DNA of 57,262 bases, counting the filler, from Squatina squatina (lineage: Eukaryota), in the NCBI GenBank assembly GCA_031763465.1. It is 3 parts of 3 records of this genome, joined end to end, with 100 filler letters (N's around TTAATTAATTAA, not from the genome) between each part and the next. Parts side by side here need not be neighbours in the genome. Positions count along the whole stretch, not along the records: positions 1 to 18,545 come from JARFOE010000100.1; positions 18,646 to 39,740 come from JARFOE010000168.1; 1 more part is not named here. The stretch is one strand, 5' to 3'. Numbering within the stretch: position 1 is the stretch's first letter; every line of letters starts with the position of its first letter. The notes beneath the pieces were generated by a model, which saw nothing but the letters and a program-made list of their open reading frames with translations, made no database searches and was not told where the DNA came from. The position numbers and the translations under genes are program-made. Below are positions 12,234 through 22,814 of the stretch, piece by piece.

Positions 12234-14194
12234 NNNNNNNNNNNNNNNNNNNNNNNNNNNNNNNNNNNNNNNNNNNNNNNNNNNNNNNNNNNNNNNNNNN
12301 NNNNNNNNNNNNNNNNNNNNNNNNNNNNNNNNNAAGTTTGGCGCTCGATTGAATCGAACATGTGAAGGTTGAGCGTAAATGTCAGACTTTCGTTAATTAA
12401 TTTTATGGTCTTGGTCAATGATGCCACTTAGAAGATATTTCCTTCTACCTTGACTGACGGCGACGAACTACGATCACATAATTTTTGCCACGTACGTATC
12501 ACCATACCATAATTTAAGTATTATTACATATTTGAAATGACTCCGTGCAGTGATATTTAAATCCATTTTATTGATTTGATGGGTTGGTTTTATGTGTTTT
12601 CCTCATTTGTGATTGGTAGCATTTTCTACCCATTGGATAACAAATTAGCAGATGGTTATTTAAACCAATCAGAAAGGTGTATATAACTTTTTATAATTCT
12701 GCATATGTGTGAAGCATGCAATTGATATGCTATATGCAAGTATTTCTTTTAAATTATGTGAGTATTTAGCTTTAAACATTACATTCAAGGAGAAAATTAT
12801 TGTGGGGAGGGAGTAATTTGTATTAAATGTGGTCTTCAATCAAGTGCAGAAGTGGTATGTTGTCATTTTAACGTCCTCAAAGATGAGGGTCTGATTTGTA
12901 CTTGTGTGAATGCAGTAAATTTTATAGTACTTTACAATGTCCAACTCCACGATAATCTTTCATTCATTACTTAACACTGATCTCTGTTGTGTTGTTCTGC
13001 AAGGTTGCATATATAGTCAAGTTACTAGGTTTCAAGAAATAATTCAATGAAGGACAAGATTTGAGTGATTTTGACCCACATTGATATAACCACAGCACGT
13101 CATGGGAAGGGAAGGGGCATTTCTTGAGATTCAAAACCGTAGCCTCAAATCCTTTGTGTTTGGACTTTACAGTTATAATGGTCATAAGAACAAAATCATT
13201 AATTTGATAGGCTACTGTAAGCCAAGTTCTGAAGTAGCTGAGTCAGAGGATGGCATTTTAACAATCAATAAATAACTATATTTGTAAGCCATCGGAGCTC
13301 CTCTGGGTTATTAGTGATAATCCACATTTTAAAGCAACAGACTAAAAATAATTTCAAATCCAAAGCACAATTTTTGTTGCATCAAGTAAAAGAAAGCTTT
13401 CTGTTAATAAAATGACAATGTAAATCCATGTGAACTAGTCCTTTTTCTTGATGTCATCAATGGATAACCTATCCATGAGACAATAACCTGGATATTAAAG
13501 GAAAAGAATTAAGATTAATGTCTTGTATCCTGTCTGTAGTTTTAAAAACATTAGCAAATTATGTCTTGTTTCCTGTACAATGCCTATTCTGGGCGGGAAA
13601 CACAGCACTATTACATTAAGGAGTGCACCTCGCAACATACAGGGAGGTCCAATCCCCATATTGACATGACCAGCTGACGGCTAAATGCAGCCTTTCACTC
13701 TGGAACCTCGTTGAAAATCACCCCATTTCTAAACTTACTTGAAATTAATTTACACTACTGCCTGCTTCTCCAAAGATTTAAATTTCACCCATCGTACAGA
13801 CAGGTCTGCCCTTGCGTGGACAGAATTGAAGTTCAGCAGATATAGGTAGCAAAAGGTTTAAGAATTGCTAGTGTTAAAAATTAAATCAATGCAGTGTCAG
13901 ATCCAAATGGTGTTATTTTCCATTCCTTTTTGTCACATCGCTCCATTTAATATGACAAAACCTCTTCTGACAAAGTCAATACGTTTTGGGTCCAAACTGA
14001 GCAGGGAGAACTTTAATGGAATGGTTTCTTACAATTCCCAACAGCGGAGTGCAATGTATGATATAGTTTCAGATTATTGACACTGATGCACGGACTACTG
14101 ACAGAGAAAATGTCAGGAAAAATTCATGTTGAGAGTTACACTCCACCAAATAATTTATATAACGTGTCGGTTTAATTTTCTTTGGAGTCTTCAT

Positions 14195-14307
14195 GTTGTT
14201 TCTGCTTTTTCTCTAGGTAAGTTGTGACGCTGGAGCTCTCTCGTCCTGGAGGAGTAGAATTTGAGACGGGTCGGTGCTCTTGCTTTGTACAGCCAAGTAT
14301 CGTAAGA
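14195..14307 (+). other. Candidate recursive splice site (polypyrimidine-AG|GTAAGT) with an 85-nt stop-containing exon at 14217-14301
   Basis: ttgtttctgctttttctctag|gtaagt; downstream donor c|gtaaga at 14302; stops in all three frames. Confidence 0.35.
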
Positions 14308-15020
14308 GTGATCAACATGTTCAAATTGACATTTGAAAATTTGTAAATTAATGTTTTTTAATTCCAAATATACGTTTGTTGATTGTTACATTGTGCACTA
14401 TTATAATGGCAGGTACATTGTCACAGACTAAGTCCAGACTAAATGCAGTTCAGTTGCATGGAGGGTAGCACCGTCTGTGCACCCTCAAATGTCAAAGCTG
14501 TAACTTGCTCAAATTAGGGATCGGATTTTGGATCATGCAGAGTTATCCACAGTGTTCAGTTATGAGTAATATCTGGCATTTAAAAAATATTTAAAAATAA
14601 TTATCTGAAGGAACTAATCGGAATCTGAATGATTTGCAGGGAGATTTTTTTTTCTTTAACTGTACAGATGGTTTGGGTTTACACAAGGTGAAGGGAAGAA
14701 ACACTAACTTTAATATACATGGAAAGGTACTATGTACTGAATAGCAGATAGTCCTTCAGAGTATTAAAATGGTTATCTTCCTGTTTTGTCCCAGTTGTGA
14801 CTAGCTTTTTGCTGTGTATTTTGCATTGTACTAACTGTAAACCCTTAGCCTGTATGACATGTGAAGCAAAATGACAGTACATCTAGTACAATTGCTGGGG
14901 TGAAAGCAAAGTGAAACTGAACTATTCTGGTTACATTTAATAAATGTACTATGAATTACACATCTTGAGTATAGTAAATGTATTTAAAACTTCAAAATTA
15001 ACTATTTTATTGCTTTCTAG

Positions 15021-15055
15021 GGACTACTCTACTCAGCCATCAATAACTGATAAAG
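15021..15055 (+). CDS. Candidate 35-nt micro-exon (phase 2 to 1; DYSTQPSITDK), possibly the IF tail
   Basis: ttttattgctttctag|...AAAG|gtgtgt; its phase fits the 11342-11535 exon. Confidence 0.35.
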
Positions 15056-15699
15056 GTGTGTATAACTTTAAAGTCAGTTTGATATTAAACTAATGTTCTG
15101 AATTGTATTAACATTTTATTTTTCTTTGTCCAACACATTCATCAGATATCTCTGAGTTACCCCAAATACCAGTTAAATTGTGGGGGGTGGGGGTGACTTG
15201 CAAGGGATGATGTCACATCAAGATAATTTGATGGTGATGACGTCCAGAACAAGGGGTGTTGCCCACATGAACACTTCCTTGCTATGTTGCGTATGATCCC
15301 AAGTGTAAGTTCAGCTTTTACCCCTGCAACAGAAGCCTTTCTTTGTCCTCTTTGCTCAAATTCTTCCAATCTAAACTCAATTTTTTCAAGTAAGACATGT
15401 CTGGAAAGTCTATGATATTTGCTTCTTTTAACTTTCTTCTTCCTTCTATACGCTGTCCTACGTTCTCTTCGTCCTCACTGTGTTGCAATCCAAACATAGC
15501 GCATTTTTTCTTGCTCTAACTTATTCTCAGGATTTAATTTAAAATGTTTACCACCTTCAGTCTTTTCTTCATCATACAGTCTACAAGGTTTTGAAATGCA
15601 TGTTTGGCTCCACCTAGTTACTTTGTTTTCATCATCCATTGCCTTACTCCATATTGTCTTCCAGAATGACATACAAGGCGTTCTCCATCCACAACGTCA

Positions 15700-16300
15700 T
15701 AATGCAGTTAACCTCTCCTGGCCCTGAAAGAAATCTGCCTCAATAGTGAATCCTTTCCCGTTACTGAAGCCACCCTGTGGATAAGTATTTTGCATACGGC
15801 AATGGCATCACTGTCATCACCAAATTCCATCTTGCTCTCTTGCCCTATTCCTTTGGTATCATTTCCTCCTTCAAGTATCTTAGCCTCCTCCATCTTTCCC
15901 AACTGTCTTTCAAAGTATTCATCATTTACAAGCCTCCCAAGTTTCGTAGTAATTTCCTCACTGAGATTTTCTCTCTGAACCTTGGCTTCTCATCCTTTGC
16001 AATTCCAACCTACATCTAAGTTCCCTGCTACTCTACTGTAGCTTCTCTGCCTTCCTCTTTGCACTGGAAGCTCAACCTTCACTTAAACTTCCTACCTATA
16101 TCCTTCCGACCCACTTGATCTCATCTTTGCAAATGGCCTCTCCAGCTCCTATGTCTCAAGCAATAAAGCTATCGCTAAGCACTTCTTTATTGTTCTTACC
16201 ACTTACATTTTCTTGCTACCTTCCAACCCCATCACGTTGGTCTTCACCCCTGGAAAAAACTTTGTGCAGCTCTCTCATCAGCTCAAGTTCAAACTTCTTC
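15700..16300 (-). mobile_element. Possible degenerate Ty3/Gypsy gag remnant
   Basis: Fragmented minus-strand frames (EKEKKFELELMRE, KEVLSDSFIA, CKEEGREA) weakly resemble fish Gypsy gag; many stops. Confidence 0.3.
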
Positions 16301-16615
16301 TCCTTCTCTTCGGCAGTCCCTCGAGGTCGAGGATGACTTGCTTCCGCTCCGGAGTTGTGGGTTCTGAGGTGACTAAGTAGTCCTATACTGGATCCACAAA
16401 CCATACCATAGGTAGGGCAGGTGGTATTTGATTGGCCGAGAGGATGGGATGCACGGGTTTCCGTACGCTCCTTCCGCTGCCTGTGCTTGGCCTCCAAGTG
16501 TTCCCGCTGGAGAACCTCGAAGTGGTTGGCGCCTTCACGGATGCTTCTCCTCCAGTTCGGGTGGTCTTGGGCCAGAGATTCCCATGAGTCGGTGGGGATG
16601 TTACATTTTTTCAGG
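16300..16615 (-). mobile_element. RTE-clade LINE 3' fragment
   Basis: EAKHRQRKER...NTTCPTYGMVCGSSIGLLSHLRTH...SHPRP; same family as 2156-2296. Confidence 0.7.
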
Positions 16616-17579
16616 NNNNNNNNNNNNNNNNNNNNNNNNNNNNNNNNNNNNNNNNNNNNNNNNNNNNNNNNNNNNNNNNNNNNNNNNNNNNNNNNNNNNN
16701 NNNNNNNNNNNNNNNCATCTCGGTCCTAAACGACTTCCCCCTTATCCTTAAACTGTGCCCCCTGGTTCTGGACTTCCCCAACATCGGGAACATTTATCAC
16801 CATTGCGAGTTTTCACTAATTATGCCTGTTCGTAGGCCTTCAAGGAGGCTCTGAAAATTAAGCAGGAGTTTTGGGGTGCAAGGACGCTAATAGAAACATT
16901 TTAAAAGGTTTGGAATGTTTTTTTTCAAACTGAGAAATTGACTACTGTACCCCAATATAACTAGAAAATAGTTTTGTATATATTTTAAAAGTTATTTTCA
17001 GTCATTTCAAATTGAGCTACTCGCAAGTGGTGGAGTGACACTGTGGTTAAAGATGCTTATTTTTTGTGATAAACCCATTTACAGCTGTATTAATCAAACT
17101 TCACCAAGTTACCACTCTTAAATATATCACAGAATTTTTTTTAAAGCAAATGTTTTTTTAAAAAAACGCCTGTTTGTACTGGTTCATGGCAGATTTCACG
17201 TTCAGTGATATGCAAATGAGCTTGAGCAGAAACTCAAGAAAAAATTTTTTTCCAAATGGGTGGGATTTGCGCCCGGATCACTGATTGCACACAAAGCAGG
17301 CGCTCTGCCCCAAGGTCCCAGTATTGAGCTGGAAAGCCCAGACCCAAACAGGAAGACTGGGCCCAATGTGCTGATTGTGTGTCAGAGCCCAGGGCCGCCG
17401 ACACCTCCCCTGCTTTAGTTCTGTAAAGCTGCCGTCAAGGTTCGCACGTGGGCGATGGAGACTTGGCCGAGATAACCGGGCAAAAGGCAGACCATGAACC
17501 AACACTCCGGCACGGGTAAATGAAGGGCGGAAAATCATTCTGGAAGTTTACTTTGAATTCCAATATCTGAGTTGCATCA

Positions 17580-17985
17580 AAGGGTGATCTAATCGAGGTG
17601 TTTAAGATGATTAAAGGATGTGATCGAGTAGATAAGAGGGAAATTATTTCTTTGGGTGGGGGGAGTCCAGAACAAGGGGGCATGACCTTAAAATTAGAGC
17701 CAGGCCGTTCAGGGGTGATGTCAGGAAGCACTTCTTCACACAAAGGGGACTGGGAATCTGGAACTCTCCCCCACCACCACCTCCCCCCCCCAAAAAAAAC
17801 CTGTTGAAACCAGGGTGGGGTCAACTGAAAATTTCAAAACTGAAATTGCTAAGATTTTTGTTGGGTGAGGATATTAAGGGTTGTGGAACCAAGGCGGGTA
17901 GATGGGAGTTAAGATCAGCCACGATCTCAATGAATGGTGGAACAGACTGGAGGGGCCGAACGGCCTCCTCCTGTTCTCTGTGCTG
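17580..17985 (+). mobile_element. CR1 LINE 3' end
   Basis: GDLIEVFKMIKG.DRVD motif followed by a 3' UTR ending ggggccgaacggcctcctcctgttc. Confidence 0.85.
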
Positions 17986-18545
17986 ACAGTCGATGCGAAC
18001 AAGATTTTTGTTAAACCTCGGGTTCAAAAGAAAAACGCCCAGAAATCAAATGGACGGAGCTGTGAAATAAATAGTTTTATTGACGCTCTGCAAAGTGCTG
18101 AATACCATGGACTCTCTTTGATCCCCAGAAGGGTTCCAGTTCAGAGCTGTAACCTGCGCACTTTGAGCAACAGCACAAACTAACAGAAAAGGCAATCTCC
18201 TGTGTACTAGTCCCAGTGAACTCATGCAGAATCGGATCGGAACAAGAATGCGTACCACCAATATACAGATTTCATAGAAACAAGATTATTGGTAACAAAC
18301 CGAATATAAACATGGCTTTCTTTTACAATAGATACAAAGAACAGATAAAAGCAGTGAAGGTAAATACATCGGGAATAATTACAAATAAAAATCCCAGACA
18401 TTTTATACACCTGTACAATTAAGAAATGTAATACAGTCATCATGTACAACCAGCAGAGGTTTGTGGTCTACACTGTGAACGGAGTTTAAACAGAGAGTGG
18501 CGTTTGACAGCCGGTCACGCATTGCATTCAATCCCACCCTGTATC

Positions 18546-18645
18546 NNNNNNNNNNNNNNNNNNNNNNNNNNNNNNNNNNNNNNNNNNNNTTAATTAATTA
18601 ANNNNNNNNNNNNNNNNNNNNNNNNNNNNNNNNNNNNNNNNNNNN
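18546..18645. other. Artificial scaffold linker N44-TTAATTAATTAA-N44
   Basis: A 12-mer with stops in all six frames (18590-18601) is centred in an exactly 100-nt spacer; an identical structure lies at 39741-39840. Confidence 0.95.
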
Positions 18646-19197
18646 GGTACAGATCAACTTTCCCACTCTCTCCTCATGTTGGGGGTCCAGATCCAGAAAT
18701 GCCATCCTGCCTTCATCTGTCTCGTCCAAGTAGCCATTCTGCATGTATATGCCTAGATAGAGATTGCTGGCGGGTTATTCAGCTGTAGAGGTGCACCACA
18801 GTCACGCCTGAGTGTGATCCTGTCCTTACCCAGTGGGAGTCAGTGAATCGTGGTTAGGAAGGGGAACTCTGGCTGATTTTTCCCCTCACTAAACCAGGGG
18901 CACGCAAGTCAATTGTAGAGTCCCCCACCCCACTGTCATGGTTGATGTTAGCACAGACTGACTATTGGGCCTGCGATTTTCCTTGTCTGTCTCACACCAG
19001 GCTGTTAGCAAGCTGGGGGATCCCAGGAATTTTGTTTCCTAAATGGGGCATCCCAACAGGATAATTAATTTTTCATCAATGTCTGGATCATTTTATTGTG
19101 TGTGGAAAGGAGTGGGGGGGTGGGGGAAGGATCATAACTACACTATCTGGTGCATGAGAAGGCTATGAGATTGGAGATAATTTCTATAATTACAGTG

Positions 19198-19301
19198 CTG
19201 CCAAACAGATCTTGCGGAGCTTAGTAAACAGCTGTAGTACAAATGAGCTGATTTATTTGTATTACAGCTGTTTGCTAAGCCCCGCATGATCTGCCTGGCA
19301 G
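19198..19301. repeat. About 104-bp imperfect palindrome (hairpin or MITE)
   Basis: Left arm ctgccaaacagatcttgcggagcttagtaaacagctgtagtacaaat pairs with right arm atttgtattacagctgtttgctaagccccgcatgatctgcctggcag. Confidence 0.9.
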
Positions 19302-19379
19302 GAATAATCTAGATGGCAATCGCAACAAGGCCTTACCTACAGGTGGTTGATATATGGGCATGATAAATCTTCAGTTGGC

Positions 19380-19555
19380 AGACACAGAGCTGGTTAGAGG
19401 GATAGATTCTGTTCTCTGCAGCCAAGTGCGAGAGTCCCGAAGGTTGTGTTGCCTGCCCGGTGCCAGGGTTAAGGACATCTCCTCAGGGCTGAAGAGGAAC
19501 TTGGAACGGGAGGGGAGGGATCCAGTTGTCGTCGTCCACGTTGGTACCAACGACA
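19380..19555 (+). mobile_element. CR1 ORF1 esterase (SGNH/GDSL) fragment
   Basis: VRGIDSVLC...CCLPGARVKDI...DPVVVVHVGTND is the CR1 ORF1 esterase signature. Confidence 0.85.
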
Positions 19556-21173
19556 NNNNNNNNNNNNNNNNNNNNNNNNNNNNNNNNNNNNNNNNNNNNN
19601 NNNNNNNNNNNNNNNNNNNNNNNNNNNNNNNNNNNNNNNNNNNNNNNNNNNNNNNNNNNNNNNNNNNNNNNNNNNNNNNNNNNNNNNNNNNNNNNNNNNN
19701 NNNNNNNNNNNNNNNNNNNNNNNNNNNNNNNNNNNNNNNNNNNNNNNNNNNNNNNNNNNNNNNNNNNNNNNNNNNNNNNNNNNNNNNNNNNNNNNNNNNN
19801 NNNNNNNNNNNNNNNNNNNNNNNNNNNNNNNNNNNNNNNNNNNNNNNNNNNNNNNNNNNNNNNNNNNNNNNNNNNNNNNNNNNNNNNNNNNNNNNNNNNN
19901 NNNNNNNNNNNNNNNNNNNNNNNNNNNNNNNNNNNNNNNNNNNNNNNNNNNNNNNNNNNNNNNNNNNNNNNNNNNNNNNNNNNNNNNNNNNNNNNNNNNN
20001 NNNNNNNNNNNNNNNNNNNNNNNNNNNNNNNNNNNNNNNNNNNNNNNNNNNNNNNNNNNNNNNNNNNNNNNNNNNNNNNNNNNNNNNNNNNNNNNNNNNN
20101 NNNNNNNNNNNNNNNNNNNNNNNNNNNNNNNNNNNNNNNNNNNNNNNNNNNNNNNNNNNNNNNNNNNNNNNNNNNNNNNNNNNNNNNNNNNNNNNNNNNN
20201 NNNNNNNNNNNNNNNNNNNNNNNNNNNNNNNNNNNNNNNNNNNNNNNNNNNNNNNNNNNNNNNNNNNNNNNNNNNNNNNNNNNNNNNNNNNNNNNNNNNN
20301 NNNNNNNNNNNNNNNNNNNNNNNNNNNNNNNNNNNNNNNNNNNNNNNNNNNNNNNNNNNNNNNNNNNNNNNNNNNNNNNNNNNNNNNNNNNNNNNNNNNN
20401 NNNNNNNNNNNNNNNNNNNNNNNNNNNNNNNNNNNNNNNNNNNNNNNNNNNNNNNNNNNNNNNNNNNNNNNNNNNNNNNNNNNNNNNNNNNNNNNNNNNN
20501 NNNNNNNNNNNNNNNNNNNNNNNNNNNNNNNNNNNNNNNNNNNNNNNNNNNNGCAGAGAGGAGGAAGAATGTGTTCCATAGTGTACTTGCAGTGTAGGGA
20601 CCATAGAAGCTTATAGCACAGAAGGGGGCAATTCAGCCCCTCTTCGTTGGAGAAATCCACAACTAATCCCGCTGCCCAACTCTCTTCCTATTTACCTGTA
20701 TCATCCTCTGCTTCAAATGTTTATCTACTCTTCCTCTCTTGCTCCTCCATCGCACCTTTTAAGGGAACGCTCCAAGTACTGGCTACAGTAGTATCGTCAG
20801 TATAGAGAGAGGCAGCAGAGAGATTCTCAGGCTACAAGTGAGAGCAGGATCACCAATCTGACTGGGGGCTATTGTTGTATTCTGTGAGAACAGCTCCAGA
20901 GAAGTTGCCGACATATAGAAGCAGTATCTGGACCTTTGAAAGATTTGGGCTCAATACAGAGTTGGGAATTGCTCACGGAGAAAGAGTTTGGGACAGAAAA
21001 GAGACTGAAAGATAGAAAATCTATTGTCTACATTTTCTGATTGGTGTCCCTCTAGCATTAAGTTAAGAAGAAAAGCTCTACCTGCGCCCCTCCCCCTTCA
21101 CAGACTGTCCAAGTAGGTCTGAGTCGGTACGTGGAGAGAGGGATTACATTGCATTTTGGAAATGTCCACTCAC

Positions 21174-21360
21174 CATCGTTGAAGTCTCTGCCAAGCTCGT
21201 GATTGGGGCAGCGTTTCACCACTTCAGTCACGTGTTCAGCCTTTTTGTAGACTGGCATTGCACGCACCACGCTGCCTGGAGGTGGTGGCGAGGTCAGTTT
21301 TACCTGGATTGGACATGTCTTTGCAATCTGACAGTAAAGTTTCTTCAGCAGTGGAGAATA
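21174..21360 (-). CDS. TP73: TP73 DNA-binding-domain exon (exon 5 equivalent, 187 nt)
   Basis: ttatag|TATTCT...GATG|gtgagt; encodes [72 protein letters not shown] and ELGRDFN are p73 states; p63 has YSTEL, PPPQG and ELSREFN. Confidence 0.95.
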
Positions 21361-21399
21361 CTATAAAATAAAACACAGACCATTTCAAAAGCAAAGTAC

Positions 21400-21655
21400 C
21401 TTGAAAATGATCCATCGGTTTCTGTAAACATTGGGCTCGCCCAACTTCTTCTGTTATCTTCATTCTTTTCCGCTCGCTTTTTCCTCAGCGGAGCTGGGAC
21501 ATAGGTTGCAGGTTTGCTTTTACTTGGCAGGAATTGGTTGTAGGGCACAACAGGCTTATATTCAGAAGTGGAGGCCCTGCGAAGCGACATGTCATCTTTG
21601 GGTCCGTCCATCATCTTGCTGTTTGGATATTCTGACTCGATATCACTCCCGCCGC
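21400..21655 (-). CDS. LMO7: LMO7 internal exon (256 nt)
   Basis: gtttag|GCGGC...TCAAG|gtactt; encodes [26 protein letters not shown]...[59 protein letters not shown] favours LMO7 over LIMCH1. Confidence 0.85.
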
Positions 21656-22063
21656 CTAAACCGAAACAGAGTTGAAGGAAAACATCATTTCAATATTGCT
21701 TCTTTGCAAATTAATTCACGTAGTTCTTNNNNNNNNNNNNNNNNNNNNNNNNNNNNNNNNNNNNNNNNNNNNNNNNNNNNNNNNNNNNNNNNNNNNNNNN
21801 NNNNNNNNNNNNNNNNNNNNNNNNNNNNAAATATTTCCACTGGAGCAGAGAAGGCCAAGAGGAAATTTAATGGAGGCTTATACAAATTGTAAGGGTTTTC
21901 ATAGAGTGAATAGGAAAATAATGGTGTTTAAAACTGTTGCTAACAGAATGTTATAATGAGAGCTTCAGAGAAATTTCTTGACACAGTGGGTTGTTGGAGC
22001 ATTGTATGCTTTGGCACGCAGTGGGTTTATTTAGAGATCATTGCATCTTTTAAGGGAAAATTA

Positions 22064-22814
22064 GGGTGGTCTAATTGGTGTGCTTTCACGCTCAGCTAGC
22101 GCCGATTAGTGCTGCTACTCGGGTGTGAAATCAGCTTAGAGTGGAAAATGAGAAAATGTGGAATTGGGCCTGGCGCCCTGGCAGCGTATAGGACTCGCCG
22201 CCGGAGACGACGTTTGCGCCAGCGTCGGACACACGACATCATTACATTGCGCACCAACCCCTCTGCGCCCCCCTGTGAATTGGAGGCCGGCTGCCCCGCA
22301 ACGCCATTGGCGTTGGCAACAGCAGGTTCGCCTGTCGTTGCCAAGGGCCATTAAAGGCATGTGTCCTGTGCTGGTGGCTGCCATCTTTAAACACTGGCCG
22401 ACTATATTGTTGGCTGATGTGTGGTGGCCAATCATCCCTTCAGAAACCTTGACCCCCTTTGCCGGCACGCTCTCTGGTGTGCCAGCACATTTTCCCACCG
22501 GCTCCAGGGTCCCTGGTGGTCCAGTGGCCCTGGATCCCTATCCCAGCGGCAAGCCAGCGGCCCTTGCCTTGTGCATGCGCGGTTGCGCTGGCAGCGTGGC
22601 TAATACCACGCCGCTGGTGTAACCCAGCAGTGACGCGGCATTGGCCAGGTCAGTGCCATGGCAACGGTGATTTAGTGTTGCCACATTACGCTGACCCGGA
22701 ACAGTGACTAAGTCACCAAGGCCGCAAAACAGTGCATCGCTGGTGGCACAGCGCACTTCCGGCTGTGGGGCCCCGAATAATGCGGCCCGTGTAGGCGCAG
22801 CCAAATTGGGGCCC
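22064..22814. mobile_element. GC-rich non-autonomous DNA transposon (probably PIF/Harbinger-like)
   Basis: Abrupt GC/CpG-rich block with loose GGG...AATT / AATT...CCC ends; similar ends occur near 6770, 45891 and 54650. Confidence 0.45.

Noticed and set aside
18590-18601. TTAATTAATTAA as a homeodomain site or piggyBac footprint
   Set aside because: It is symmetrically embedded in Ns and occurs twice with the same design, so it is an artificial linker.
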